64,000 nucleotides of DNA from assembly GCA_002633005.1 (NCBI GenBank), contig NMRA01000794.1, positions 1-64,000 on the forward strand, in the 5' to 3' direction. The notes under the pieces were generated by a model, which did no database searches, was not told the DNA's origin, and saw only the letters and a list, made by a program, of their open reading frames with translations. This stretch comes from Phoronis australis (lineage: Eukaryota; Animalia; Phoronida). Position numbers and translations under genes: made by a program. Positions 34,701 to 49,700 of the stretch are shown piece by piece; positions within the stretch are counted from its first letter, which is position 1; each line of letters begins with the position of its first letter.

Positions 34701-37700
34701 TGCAATGCAATGATAGTCAAGTAGTTAAAACTTGCAAGCAAAATCGCCGAAACGTAAGAATAAGACGAAGTATTACAGGTAGAACCAGAACCTCTGCCAA
34801 TTAGGTTCTAAAGTTATTTCATACAGCAGGTTTTCTTGAACTTTCTCAAAACACATTTTCAGTTGGACTAAGGGTACCTTCATTGCAAAAAAAGGTTTAG
34901 AACAAGGACTCTGATAGAGCATTATATGTAAAAGATTTTATAATTCAATCAACTTGAATTTTTGAATCAAGTGACTGCTTGTGTCCACCTTAAGATGAGA
35001 CAGAATAATGCTGACATTAAATATTATCAACACAGAAAATGCTTGTTTTAATTTTTTGAACATAAGTATATTGATCAAATCTGCTGCTTAGAAGTGTAGG
35101 ATGTATAGAAGGAATAATAATGGACATCTGATTATGTTGCAACAGGTCCGGATGTAGGACGGTCTTCGACAGCAGAGTGGGGGCCCACATTGCATACCTG
35201 ATGAGAGATTTATTGGAAATTTTTCGGGTGGATTTTTCATATCTTGAAGTATTTCAAAGGTGACTTTGAACCCTCCGAAGTTCACTTTATCGTTGGTGCG
35301 GTATGATAGGGTAACAAGTCCTTCATCCATGACGTCATGCACGAAGGTACTTCCGTAAAAGCCACAATATCTAAAATCAGAGATACAGGTCACTTTGCAT
35401 TGATAATCTGTATAAACTTTCCTTAAAAATCAGCCGTTCTACAGTCTCTACAAGCGTTGAGTTCAACAGAATCGCATCACTGAAGGTGACTTTAGCCAAG
35501 TGAGAGCAACGTGTCAGTGCATGTAAAGGGGGCTATAGGTACATGCACTATCTTCCAAACTCAATAATTCAGTCTAAGATTTGCACAGCAAAACGACTCG
35601 TGGTGGTAATACCCAATAGAGCAGAAAGGAAATACGTCTGTTTGTGCTATGAACTAGATTTCTTTGGTACTTGAGCACCCAACTTTTTTGAAGATCCCAT
35701 GAGTATTATAAATGGAGATTCAGCTTGATACAGGTGGCATACTGAAAGTAGATTATAGTAAATGCGTTCTACTTTTTGACAGTTCTGCCAAAAGCTGCCA
35801 ATAGCGTGAGGGTGTGAACTATAACAAGTGTGAAGGAGCCAAGTACATGTACGTTTTGGACCTAACCCGCGCCCTTTTTTCAACGAGTGTTTGGCTGGTT
35901 TAAATCCACGGCATTAAGAAAACCGAAAGTACTTCAGCAACTTATCCGTCAGTGACCTTGGAATCTCTGGGCTTCGTTTCACACAGCTCAAATTACGGAA
36001 AACACTATCGAATTCACTTTCATAAGTGGCGCCCGACATTTAGACATGCATCTATAAGTACTTATTGATGCTAAGGACACGTTTTGCATTTTTCAAACAA
36101 CCAAGGTCACGCAATACCACAGCAAAACCACGCGAATGAAAGGCAGGTGTTTTTACCAGTAGGCCTATACTTGGTATCTTTCTGTTGTATCTTAGCAAAT
36201 TTTCAGGTTTCGACTGATTCAATGAGTTTGAGATTTTCTGAAATAGATGTGTAATACTCCTTAATAGAATGTTTCAATCATATTGTGTCTACGGGGAGCG
36301 GTCCTGAGATTCTCCCGCCTACGAAAAGCCCTTTCCATTGAATTTACCTCTCTTCTTTTCTCGTAGTTGTTAGTGTGACGTTGTCGCGCAAGCAATCACA
36401 CGAATGCTCCATGTGGAAGCGTTCAAACGTTAGAACAAGCGTCTGCCCAATTTGAAGGTTGAAAGTGAAATCACAGCGTTCGTTTGGTAGGTAGGTCCCC
36501 TTGTCGTAGTTCGTTGATTTGAAAGTTCCAGAGGGGACTAGTTGAAAGTCACCACCACAAGGTTGACACGGCTCACCTTAATCATGTAACATATAGAATG
36601 CATATAAAACAAGAGTGACTAGACCTGTTAGCCATTTTGAATAGCTTTTTAATCGAGGTTGCGTTACATAAGCAGCAGAGCACGTGCCAGAGACATTTTA
36701 CAGGGGAAACAGGCGGCAGCACCGTTCGGTAAACATGTCACGAAGTCGTTAAGGACTAGCGTAATAAGTGAATATGTCAAACAAGTCAAAGAAGTATTTT
36801 GAAACACCCTTTCAAGATAAACGAAAGGTTACGTTTAAAATTTGTCGATAATCTTTGAAGAAACCTAAGAAATTTGTCAGTTTTTATTCACTTGAGTTTA
36901 CCAAGATTTCAAGGTTGTTCACCAGCCTGTTCATAGATTAAAAATGTGGAGATGCGTGACTTAATTTTACACCCTTTTCGTGAATAAGATTGAATGAAAT
37001 TGAATAACCGCTTTAAGATCGGTAAATATAGGAACTTTAAATAAAAAACACTATATGTACATGTAAAGCAGGCTATCCAGAAGTCACTGCAGTCGCATAA
37101 CCTGCATGTAATTGAATATAATACAATTCGCGCCTTATTCATTGGAGGCCCGGACGCTCCCAGTGGCGGATCTACGGGGGGGTTCAGGGGGTTTAAACCC
37201 CCCGTCGGGCCAGGACCCAAAAATTAAAAAAAAAAACAAAAGCGTATCCAGCAAAACAAAAACGGCACCGCCAGCGTGTGTAAACCCCAAGTAAACCAAC
37301 TTGGAAAAAGTTGAGAGGTGGGGTTCACTCTGAAAATATAGTTTTTTGCAGTCTATGTGGCTCATCGGCAAAACGCGCAGGAATTAATTGTGCACGCGCT
37401 TCCGTCGACACTTCTGAAGTAGCCAAGCATTTTAGATGGATTCACCGCTGAAAGAGCAGTTCTGTAGCTGATTTCTGTTGGTAACTAGCTTCTTTACTCT
37501 AAGATATATTTTGATTTGATTAAGGGAAATACTGTGGTGCCGCAACCCTGATATTCAGGCGAATTGACGTGCAACGTTTTTACCTCATCTGTCATGCCGT
37601 GTCGTTCTATTACACTCCACACGGTTGTAACTGACGTATAGTAAAGTTGTCTTGCGCAATATCATACAGTGTACATGTACATGTAATACTGTGTACATGT

Positions 37701-40700
37701 ACATGTAATATTTTTGAAAAAAATTTCTTTTTCCGAAGAATTGCTATTGTGGCGGGCGCCGTGGTCTGGTCGCGAGTCCGTTTGAAGACACACTCTATAA
37801 CAAGTTATGTCTATACAAGGAATGACCAAGGGGGCACTCACATTGAGAAAGTGACCGCATTCGCGAAAAGTGTACAGTACCAGAAATTGCGGGGAGGCTG
37901 TTCTTTCACAACAAAGTCTTGCGGGACTCGTGCGATGTTCAATAGGCCTCCTAAGGAGCCCTAGTTCCGACCTCAACACCTACCGTCTGTCTACCTGCAA
38001 TAAGCACACTGCCGTCTTCTATACTGGGAATTTCCGCAGAAAGGCTCACCCGATGAAACGCTCATGCCCATGGGCATTTATTTGATATTAGTACTTCGGG
38101 TTTCAAACGTTCAGACATTGGGACGTTTATTTCGAAAATTGCAAGAGATGCAAATAGGTCCTGGGATGCTTCGTCAAGGTTTGAAGTAGTCCATGATGAA
38201 CGGATCAAACTTAGTTGCGCATGTAAGTCTTTTGAATGGATTTGGCAACCTCAACGGTCTTAGTGTCAACTCTACTAGAATCTTCCCAATCTGTGGTCTG
38301 GCTCAGACCTGCCCTGGGTAAGATCTCGGAAAAGTGTATAGTTTTAACTTCCACATAGAGCATGGTTTGTAGACGGTTTTGAGAACGAAAGCTCCTTAAG
38401 CCCGATAAATGTGACATTTGGCGACATCGCACCTCATGACCTTGCCAAAAATAATAAAAAAGTTGGCGTGTAAAACTAACTTTATGAAGCCTGGGGTCTC
38501 ATGTAAAAAACTGTAAAACATATCTTTAAATTTGAGTAAAGGGCATCTGGAAGAGTTCATAACGGAAAAACTGCTTATTTGCTTTAAAGTCACATCCAGA
38601 TCTGACTGACCCCTTGTTTAAGCCCCAAGACTGCGTCCGGTTGGAACGACTGAAGAACTCACCGATGAGTGGTGCAGGAACGTTGCTAGTGACGATGGAG
38701 TTCGGCTCCATGTACGTCATGCCGATAAAAAATCCAGTAAAAGGGACGTCCATATCCGAAATAAACTGGAGTTCCACCTCAGCTGGACCGTCAATACGTA
38801 TGATGAATGCATGTTTAACTCTTCCACAATACCTAAGAAAAGCGAGTAGAACCAATCAGTCAGTTAGACTGCTGTGTGAAACCGTAGTGATGAAACTGGG
38901 CAGGTCAAAAAAGTCAGACGTTTCGTTTTTACAGAACATCGCCTCACGTGGTTTTGAAACGAAGCCCAGTTCTTGTAGAAAATAGTCCTCACATCCCTGA
39001 AGTGTTTCGTGTCTAAAAAACTGTACATTTTTTGTTCAAAGCCACAGGGTTAGGGAAAATACATTGGCAGGCTCCGGTTGAAGAGTAGTTGGGGAGGGGC
39101 AGGGCCCCTTGGTCCTCCTGAATCCGATCGTATTTTATGATCCTTTTGGGCCCAGGGAACGAAATCCTACCCTGTTTACCGTGTGGGTGCATTTTTTCAA
39201 GTGATTTACTAAATAAGATGAAATCTAATGGTCTGTTCATCATATTTTAATTCCACGAATGAATAATGTCCAAAAGGTCCATGCCATGAGGGCATTATCA
39301 GTGCAAGGGAGGCAGTTCTGCAAAAATGAGCTCCGTGCTTCATGTACAGTATACACCATAACCGAGGTGCTGTTTTACCTTTTCAAAACCACTAAAGGGG
39401 TAGGTTGTATCCTAGTTGTCAAACACAGCACCTCGTAAAAATGTTCAAAAAGTTAAACTATGGTGATTTTCCACGATTACGGTACTCCTATTCCACTATC
39501 ATTCTAATCAAACTGGCCGCGAATATCATTCTTAAGATAAATTGAAAATAAAGTGTGTGAATTCTTCATGGAGTCTATAAGAACTACAGTCGTCCCATTA
39601 AATGAATTAAATTTTGCTTTTGGCAAATCTCTTACCTAGTTAAGCATAGTGAAGAAAGCATCGTTCTTTTAGATCACTTGCAACACTAAGTGACAGGAAT
39701 GTTCATAGAAACATCGGTAAAACAGGGTACAGTGTCATTTTAACATGGATTACTTACATTGTTTGGTTCCTATTCACGCGTAGTAGGAGTTTGTCAAAAA
39801 GACATTCGCAAGAGAATTGGACGTCCAAACCAGCTGTGAAATCCAAGACTAGCATCGTGTTCTCCGGTACAAATGTTAATACCACGCAGGTTTCATTGTT
39901 CAGATAATGACCGTTGGCATCCAACACTGTGCGCAGCAAAGCCGATGCTGTGGTAGTCATGGTAATGTTGCACCCTCTTCCAGTTAAACATGGCTTGGCT
40001 AAGGAAGGTAAAATGAATACCATAGCGTTGTTTAAGGTATACGCCCAATATCTGATTTAGATAGAGTTCAATAGCTTTCTCGTGGCGAGAAAGATATAGC
40101 CAATCACGGGGTCTCATCAGATCACACGGTGCAATCTCGCGATAACATAGTTTGCTTTTCTTGGGAGGTACTAGGGTTACTGAATTCGAACCTGAACTGT
40201 TGTGACAGGGTACTGCAGTACTCGATGATATGTAACAGATTTCAAAATATGTTGACGTTGGAGGTTGTCGCACCAGTCACATGTCGAAGCCCTTGCAAAT
40301 GTCGAGAATCACCATGTATGCCACAAATACTCATGCACACGTTTGTACAGCACACATCACGAATTTTTGGCCGACCGGTCGGAAATTGGTCGACGACCGG
40401 CCGTCGACCGGTCGGCAAATTAGCCGACCGGTCGGCTAAAAATTAGCCGACCGGCAGCCGCCCGCAGTGCCGACTCATAAGGCGAACCCACAGCCGACNT
40501 TGCAGCACCAGCTGCAGCTTAGAACAGACTTTACGCAATTTATTTTGTTTGCGTAGACTTGAGTACGTGCGGCCGAAATTAATAAAATGATTAACTCGAA
40601 CCGGTCTTCAGTCTATCGTCGTACCGAAAGCTACTAAACACCCGTCAGCGATAACCGTTGTCCACCCATCCACGGAGTAAACCGCGTGTTTATTATAAAA

Positions 40701-43700
40701 TTTGGAAACAGATGCGTGCCCACTAAGTACATTTTATGAATAAAACGTCGGATAAAAAGACGAATATAGACGGCACACCCATATAAAAAGCGCAATTTCT
40801 TGTTTTTTTCTTTTCATCCTTTCAGTCATATCATAACTACAGTGCAATGGAGGTAAGTTTTTCATAAGCTCATTCATTCACCAACCAGTTTCCTATCTGA
40901 AGAGTGCAGTGCACTTCAGACCAGACAAAAAGCCATAAATGTGTGATACACCCAATCCTATATCACAGATTTGGATATTTCTATGCGTTTCACTTTACTT
41001 TCTTATGTTATATTGCTAAAATGTAGTTTTAACAATTCCTTATCTGATAAATTGTTTAAAAGTCGGGCACATCAGTTTTCGCTCAAAATCAGTGTCAAAT
41101 TTTAACATCAAATCTCATTTTTGTGGCATTGTAAAAGTTATAGAAGCTGCTGGACAGTGAAATAGTTTGTGTTATGGATTAATTATTCCATGGTCTCAGT
41201 AATAATAGTAAATAGAAATTGGAAATATTGCCTGAAATTTCTGATGATAACGGGCTCAAAGAAGTAAAAACACAGAAAACTGATAACTATTCTTTACCCA
41301 GCTTTTTGAACAACAACTTTTGGGAATAGCATTTCAAGCATTGTTTCATGACGATTCTTTGAAAGAACGCAAACTGAAACGCGACTATTGTAATGTCAGT
41401 TGAATTGAATGCAATCAACCTTGTATAGTACAAGAAAACGTCTGTGTACATATGTATTTATCGGATAACGATTCTTAGAAATGCCATTGCTTGGGAGAAC
41501 GCTTGTTAGCTGTCCCGCCGGTTTTCGGATGTAGCGCAGCTTACAAAACTCTAAAACAGTTACTTAGCTACTTTGAAATTTGAACACACATCTTAGCCGC
41601 GTAAAGATATTTTATCGCTTACTTCTCTCCGAGCCAGTTCTAAATTTCATCTTGTCTTTTACGCCAGCATTTCCCTCCGCGATAATTCTACGGTTCAAAC
41701 ACTCACTGACGCCTTGCTATGCGAGACTACCTACTGTTATACATGTAAGCACCTTCTCGTGATGGTCACGTGACACAACAAGTCATTTTTCTGACTACGG
41801 CAAGTGTGCAAAAAGCCCATTAATTTGACCAGTTCCATAAAGTTCACGTAAGCAGTGGCGGATTTAGGGGGGAGGGGCAAGGAGGCCATGCCCCCACCCC
41901 TAAAATTCTCCCAGATTAGATTTGGCAGCCCGGGGGTGCGAATGTCTGCCCTGCCCTCCCCCAACTCAAAATCCTGGATCCGTCCCTGGCATTACCTAAA
42001 TGAAGTTGTAGTTCTAGAGTGATGATCAGTTTTTACTGAGGTGGTGCTGTGGAGGAATGATATTCGTAGTCTCGAACCCAAATGATATTAGCACTGGACC
42101 TTGATGTAGATCTTGATTATGACGTCAGTTAACGAAATAAAGTCTTGTCTTTTAGGTTTAGATAACTTAAATACAACGGCTACATTCACCACCTATTGAC
42201 AAATGCAGAACAAGATGACAGACAGTTACACCAGTTTCAGTAAAATGCTGACGCAGCATTTGGGTCAGAGATTGACATACGCCTTGTCGCGTGTAGAGGA
42301 GCTTTCCCTATGGGCAGTGAAGTTTAATTGTTCAACTTAAAAAGTCATCAATTAAAATACTTATTTTTCTGATGTAAATGGGTAGTCTAAAATTGATGAG
42401 GGCGGGTTACACTACATGTATCTCCGTTCACCTGTTCCGACATGACTATTGGAATTGGATCACGCTCATACTCGGTCCCTTCAAAAAAGACCAATTATGA
42501 CTTGAAGNCTACTCGGATAAATTGTTTATAAGTCGGGGACATCAGTTTTCGCACAAAATCAGTGTCAAATTTTAACATCAAATCTCATTTTTGTGGCATT
42601 GTAAAAAGTTATAGAAGCTGCTGGACAGTGAAATAGTATGTGTTATGGATTAATTCACCCATGGTCTCAGTAATAATAGTAAATAGAAATTGGAAATATT
42701 GCTTGAAATTTCTGAGGATAACGGGCTCAAAGAAGCAAAAACACAGAAAACTGAAAACTATTTTTACCCAGCATTGTGAACTACAACTTTTGGGAAAAGC
42801 ATGTCAAGCATTTTTTCATGACGATTCTTGGAAAGAACCCAAACTGAAACGCGACTATTGTAATGTCAATTGAATTGAATGCAATCAATCTTGTGTAGTA
42901 CAAGATAACGTCTGTGTACTGTACATATGTATTTATCAGATAACGATTCTTAGAAATGCCATTGCTTGGGAGAACGCTTGTTAGCTGTTCCGCCGGTTTT
43001 CGGATGTAGCGCAGCTTAGAAAACTCTAAAAAAGTTACTCAGCTACTTTGAAATTTGAACACACATTTTAGCCGATTACAGAGATTTTATCGCTTACTTC
43101 TATCCGAGCCAGTTCTAAATTTCGTCTTGTCTTTTACGCCGGCATTTCCCTCCGCGATAATTCTACGGTTCAAACACTCACTGACGACTTGCTATGCGAG
43201 CCTACCTACTGTTATAAGCACCTTCTCGTGATGGGCACGTGACACAACAACTCATTTCTCTGACTCCGACAAGTGTGCAAAAAGGTCCATTAATTTGTCC
43301 AGTTCCATAAAGTTTACGCAAGCAGTGGCGGATTTAGGGGGGAGGGGCAATGAAGCCATGCCCCCACCCCTAAAATTCTCCCAGATTAGATTTGGCAGCT
43401 CAGGGGTGCGAATGTCTGCCCTGCCCTCCCCCAACTCAAAATCCTGGATCCGTCCCTGGCATTACCTAAAGGAAGTTGTAGTTCTAGAGTGATGATCAGT
43501 TTTTACTGAGGTGGTGCTGTGGAGGAATCATATTCGTAGTCTCGAACCCAAATGATATTAGCACTGGACCTTGATGTAGATCTTGATTATGACGTCAGTT
43601 AACGAAGTTAAGTTTTGTCTTTTAGGTTTAGATAACTTAAATACAACGGCTACATTCACCACCTATTGACAAATGCAGAACAAAATGACAGACAGTTTCA

Positions 43701-46700
43701 CCAGTTTCAGTAAAATACTGACTCAGCATTTAGGTCAGAGATTGACATCGGCTTGTCGTGTGTAGAGGAGCTTGCCCTATCGGCAGTGAAGTTTACATGT
43801 AATTGTTCAACTTAAAAAGTCATCTATTAAAATACTTATTTTTCTGATGTAAATGTGTAGTCTTAAATTGATGAGTGTGGGTTACACTACATGTATCTCC
43901 GTTCACCTGTTCCGACATGTCTATTGGAATTGGATCACGCTCATACTCGGTCCCTTCAAAAAAGACCAATTATGACTTGAAGCTTGACGAGTGTATACTG
44001 TGGATGACCAAGATAAAGCCTAGAGCAACAGCGTATAAACAAAATGTATCCTCTATAACTAAAATTAGTTATAAAACTATGTAACAAACGTACCCCATAG
44101 TTCCATCGGCAGTTCAGGTGGAAAATCCCTTTGAACAGGAATCGTGGGACTGTTCTCGAAATATATGCTGTAATTCAGAGCGGCACCATAGAAATCTATC
44201 CTGACTTCGCTCACATTCGCTGGTACATGAAATCCGAAAGGCATTTGAGCAGGACTTCCACAGTACCTGTAAATATTAGCAGGTTAAAAGGAGAATTTCA
44301 CCCAAAAACAACCTAGGATATTTGATGTGGAGGGGTATACAAGTTTGACGACAACGCATCAAAAATCAAGATGCAATTACAACAAGCACCGTTGCCAGGC
44401 GACAACCGCGTGCATCGTAAGCCACAAAGACAGGAGGGTTGGTGACATATTTAGGAAATGCTACTGGATGGACCATTACTATACACGTGATATGACCAAT
44501 ACTAGTTCATTTTCAGCCCCTAGGGGAGTGGAAATGAGTTGTTTAAACTTGAAATCCGGGATAACCAAGCCATGGTAATCTGGATGTCGACAAAATTCAG
44601 TTGCCATTAAAACAGGCAAAACAAGTGAAATTTTAACGATCATTAGTGTACAGTCCTGCCCTAGCACTAAATTCCATCACAATCACTCAAGGGTTATTGT
44701 AGAGAGAAAGACATCAAGGTAAAAATTAAAACAGACACTAGAGCTGAGGCACTACAAGGATTAAGCCGAAAGTTGAGCTGTGCTTTTCATTTCTCATTTC
44801 AACGCCCAAACGTCGTTCAACCATTGGTAAGGGCTTACTTGCTTAGCTCGGTGAAGATTCAACGAATGGATCTGAAGATAATGAAGTAGAGACAAAAAGT
44901 AAAATCCCCACAAAGATATGTCAAATAAAATGAAGCTTTTCAAAATCAATCGATGATCCAACAAGAACTCGATAGATATTGAGACAGGTTCCAAAATGCC
45001 AAAACGGGACAGTTTAGTACATGCACTTGAACCGTCCAAACACCAGCGGCAAGGGTCCACGTACTCTCCTCCGAAGCATCTCATCCGTCAAATGTCACAA
45101 TGTGAATAAACAAAGTAGATGTTTAGGCAGACGCAATGGGATCTAGGTTTCTAAATACGATACACCATGATATTTGGATCTGTCAAAAAAATGAACGCGT
45201 AACGCAATTTTGTCGTGATTTATGTTTCCCATTGACCGGTTTTCTTACCAAAGCATGTCGACCCTTCAAGGGGTTTGTCGGATAGTGAAGCGCACACCAA
45301 AAACGGAAACGTCAACATAAATAGCCTCTAAGTGATGCAACATGCAACAAACTCTGAGAAAATGAGAACACTGGTGAGCACTGCCGGAGTCAGACCCGTT
45401 TCGTCATTTAATCACCAGGTGTGCCCCTTTCAATATAAGGACACCTTAACCAACTGTCATGAAGTCAAAGCAAAGAAAGATATTTGTTCAAAAGTTAAAA
45501 ATTGCCCCATGGAGGAAGGGAGCGCCACTGCAGTCTGTACTATATTGATAACAACCCCATTTCCATGTCAATGGGGGGCATAAACCCACTTTCATGGGAA
45601 TATTTCAACAGACACAGTTATCCAATAATACTTCAGAGCATTATTGCAGTTGTACCAATGTGCAAATCACCACCAGACATTCTTTCGTCTTTAGGGTCAC
45701 ACTTCTATGTGTCCATAATGATACCCGGACCAGTTTGCACATACAGGATTTAGGAGAATTAAAAGAATCTATCAAATAACAAGACGGGCAGAAGGGGACA
45801 AACACGCACACCGTGTTTGTATGTAAAACTTCGCCGTTTAATGTCAGAAAGTCCGGCAAAGCTAAAAAAGTAAAATAGCCACTAGGGGTCACGGCGGTGG
45901 CCAAATAGGTCCAAAATTCGTCACATTCCGCATACATATTCTCATAAAACAAACATGTTTAATCCCAAAAACATATGTAACTCGCATGGGTTCATAAGGT
46001 ACAAGAATGGTCGCTTGACGGACACCGGGGAAGACGGACGGAAAGACACGATAGCGATATAAATCAACTTGCGTTTATGTTGGCACATGTACATGTACCA
46101 AACAAATATTACCTCGCTGGAAAGTCGTTGTGGTACTGGATTTCCATTCCACGTTTTTCACATACGCACGACGTAGCTACAGTAAATACGTCAACTCGGA
46201 ACCGCAAGAAATGACCTGCCATCACGTGGAAGATATACGTTATGTGGATGTCACTTGGGCTGTTTGGCGGTAAACTAGGACCAGTCATTGTCCCTGACGT
46301 CCTATTTCCGTATTGGAAACATGCTTCATGTCTTTGTTTAACTACAAAAGAAAGTCTTACTTAACTGAAGTATTGAAATTTATGGAGCTAATGTTATTCA
46401 AAACATACTTTGGGCGAACTCACGTGTAAATACAGACACTTCGCGGAAAAACAGGCTAAAAACGCTTAGTTTAACCCATTCATTGACTAAGGTGATGATT
46501 GGCAACAACCGCGCTCAGTTAATTCCACGAGGAATGCGTACATGAACAGGTAAGACCAACAGTCGATGGCATTGGCACTTTTTACGTGACGTGGTATTGG
46601 TGGAAGAGAGAAACATGCGTGGCACGAGTAAGTTCGATTGTTCAAAACTAATCTACTATCCGGTGTTATTTTGTTCGCTTGTGTCCACTTATTATTTGAC

Positions 46701-49700
46701 CCTATTGAGCGTTTAAATGAGATTCTGCGATTCTAAAGCCCGTGTGTATTCAAGATGACAATGACGTGTTCAAAGAAGGAACCAGAGCTGGCGTGCGTTC
46801 AGCAGCGCAACCTACGCTAGGACCTCTCTAAAATTTATCCAAAATCACGTGTTATCACGAAATCTTGCTTTTAGTCTGAGCGTTATTGGGGGGAAGCCTG
46901 GCATAAACCTGTGTTATGTTTGTTTAATTTATTTGTGATATCGAGGCTAACAAGATGGACAAAGTGTTTCGTAAGAACTGAACTGGCAAAGCCAGTGCCT
47001 TCTGTGATGGCGATATATCGGTGTTCCAGCCAAGTTACCGGACGTCTGACTTATTTTGATGATGTGATTCGGATTTAGGTTGGGCAAGGGGGCCATGGCC
47101 CCTCTGAAATTCTAAAAGATACCCTTTGGGAGTTCGGGTGCAAATTGCTGACTAGCACATGCGTGCAATTCCCCCTCCGGAGGGTGAATAACAATGCATA
47201 TGCCCTGAACAAACCCGGTTCACCGTTTTTTCTTTATTTTTTTTTCTTGTTTTAGTCAACAGGTCCGCAAACCTAAATATTCGAGACCCCTACATCCCCG
47301 CATTTTAGGCTGGGCGCGCGCATCTGCCGAAATTCAATTCTGCTTATTCCTGTGCCCTGCCCCCTACTCAAAATCCTGGATCCGCCCCTGTTATATGCAC
47401 ATCACTCTTCACTAAGGCAGGTATACTAATGTCACACGAGAGTTTCATAACTACTTGGACTCCTGGAGTACCTGAATGAAGTGCGTGAAGTGACTGGTGT
47501 ACACTAATGCACGGCACGATTTGAACACACTCTGGTTCGAATTGACATGCATGCAAATACATTGGATGTGAAGGTGTCACCTGAGTTCATTATGAAACTA
47601 TCTGGTTGTTCTTGACGTAACCACTTTTTTATTTTTCTTTTATGCCACTGTAGTAAATGCTACAATCCTCGCCCTGTACACCAGCATGCTTGCCAGGGAC
47701 AATTTCTCGAGTGAACGGTTGGCTTTCGCCTTTTACCTACGTGTAAGCCAAATGTCACCTGAATACGAATATCCAAAAGTCGCTATTTGTTTGACTTTTG
47801 GGATTCTGGAAGCGGTTTTGTCCGCTGTCTACTCAAGCAACCTATGGATCCAATCCCGATTTGGAGACAGGCTTTCTTTTTATCCATCTCAGCCTGTTTT
47901 TGAAATAGGGAAACTTTTTTCGTAGGGAAATTATTCGCAGAATTTCAAAGTACAAAATTAGTTAGACTGTTTGGTACGCCCTACTTAGTGTGTTTTCACT
48001 CGAAATTCAGTTGTCGCCTGCCGCTAAGTTATTTAGCCAAGTAATATCACAGCTTGATTCATAAAAAGTCGTATTCCACAGGACATCTACCTGCACTGAC
48101 GGGTCTCGAAATAGTTATGCACTGCGCTAAAATTAGGTTGCGTACTTATAGTAGCGTCCGCCATCAAGAAGTAATACCAAGTAGGACAGCTTACCCCATA
48201 ACGTAAGTTACGTCACTCCGCAGTAGCTTACCGTCTAGCCCAGTGGGCACTCCATAAACTTCCGGCGACGTAAAGGTCTGTGATTGGCTTGTTATATTGA
48301 TTGACGCTTGAAATCCGTCTGCCGTCGTGTTTCCATAAGACACAAACGCGACCATGAACTTTCCAGGACCCACGACTTCTAAATTGAAACTGTGATTGAG
48401 GTGTCCACATAAACTGCAACAATACAGTGCACTAAATGAACCTTGAAGGCATGAATCTCAAGTATAGATTTTAAAGCGAAACCAGATAAGTCTTCACTTA
48501 TGTTGATGCAGAAAGACTACAGCGTGCAACTCGTTAAGCTAGTGTTCACGACAATGGTTGGCCACATCAGGTGAAGACCAGACATACACCCTGTACAATG
48601 TAAAACGGTTGTGAGCTTTATATCCAGGGTGGTTCCGGGCCAGTTCATGATTTTCATATCATTAAGTGTTTTGTGACATGGTTTTTCACGAAAAGAACAT
48701 CAGTAAAGTTAATCTCACGAAACTTGTTCGCAGTCACAGTTTCTGGACATGTTTTTTCTCCCTACAGTACTGTAAACCTATTCATTGTCAAACGTGTCAT
48801 ACTTGGAATAGAACTGCCAAACGTTGAAAACATAACTTGCACAGAATTTTGTCAAAGCACTATTTTTATGCGACATGCTTCATCATCACTGCAATCAGTG
48901 TATCCACTGTACATGTATGATTTACTGGAAACAACGGCTAGAACTATATACATGTACATGTACATGTACAGTTAGCCGAGTTTGGTTACAGATACACTGT
49001 ATTCAATCTAACTTAACGCCACCCCACACTCAATTGACTGTTTGTCTTACATGCCGAAGGTCTGCCCGTTGTGTTCCAAGGATAGTCGGCCGCCTTCGCA
49101 GGCACATGGAACGTCAAAGCTGGTAAAATTAACATCTGCTTTCTCGGATGGTAACAAATCAAAGGACCAAACACAGTGTGCGTGGGGTGGATAGTTCATT
49201 GGGTAACCAGGGGAATGGAACACGTGATGGTGTTTTGTTATATGTTCACCACAGCCACATGGTTTTGCTGAAAAGAAAAACAACACAGTTTCTATGAGCG
49301 AAAGAGTGTGTAAATCTCCATCATAATAACATGTATTTATTCGAAAATATTTGTTAATCCCCATTTAAACCGTTACTTCATAGCCCAGGCGTAAACACGT
49401 CAAAGTTTAGGATAGTACTTTTCGTTAAAAATTGGCCCAGTTTCCGACAAAGGCTTGTGCTACTAACGTGTCAAGCTTCGATATCCTAAGTACTACATGC
49501 ACTACAATGTTAGTGGTTCGTCGGGTCGACGAGCATGCGCAGTATATCCACTTTATAGCCTCGTTACACATTCATGGCGTCAACAGCCACAGAGAACAAC
49601 AAAAATTATTGTTGAGTAAAACTTTAGTAAAATGTCCAAGTTTGGAGGTCCATATATATGAAATGTCTGATCTCATTCAAACGGAACATTCCTTGGACTG

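Noticed and set aside
41737-43492. Duplicated short ORFs (MGEGRADIRTP..)
   Set aside because: Translations of a GC-rich MITE present in both duplicate copies.
44284-45841. Kolobok-like TTAA element
   Set aside because: The left end looks plausible, but the candidate right TIR matches too poorly to support boundaries.
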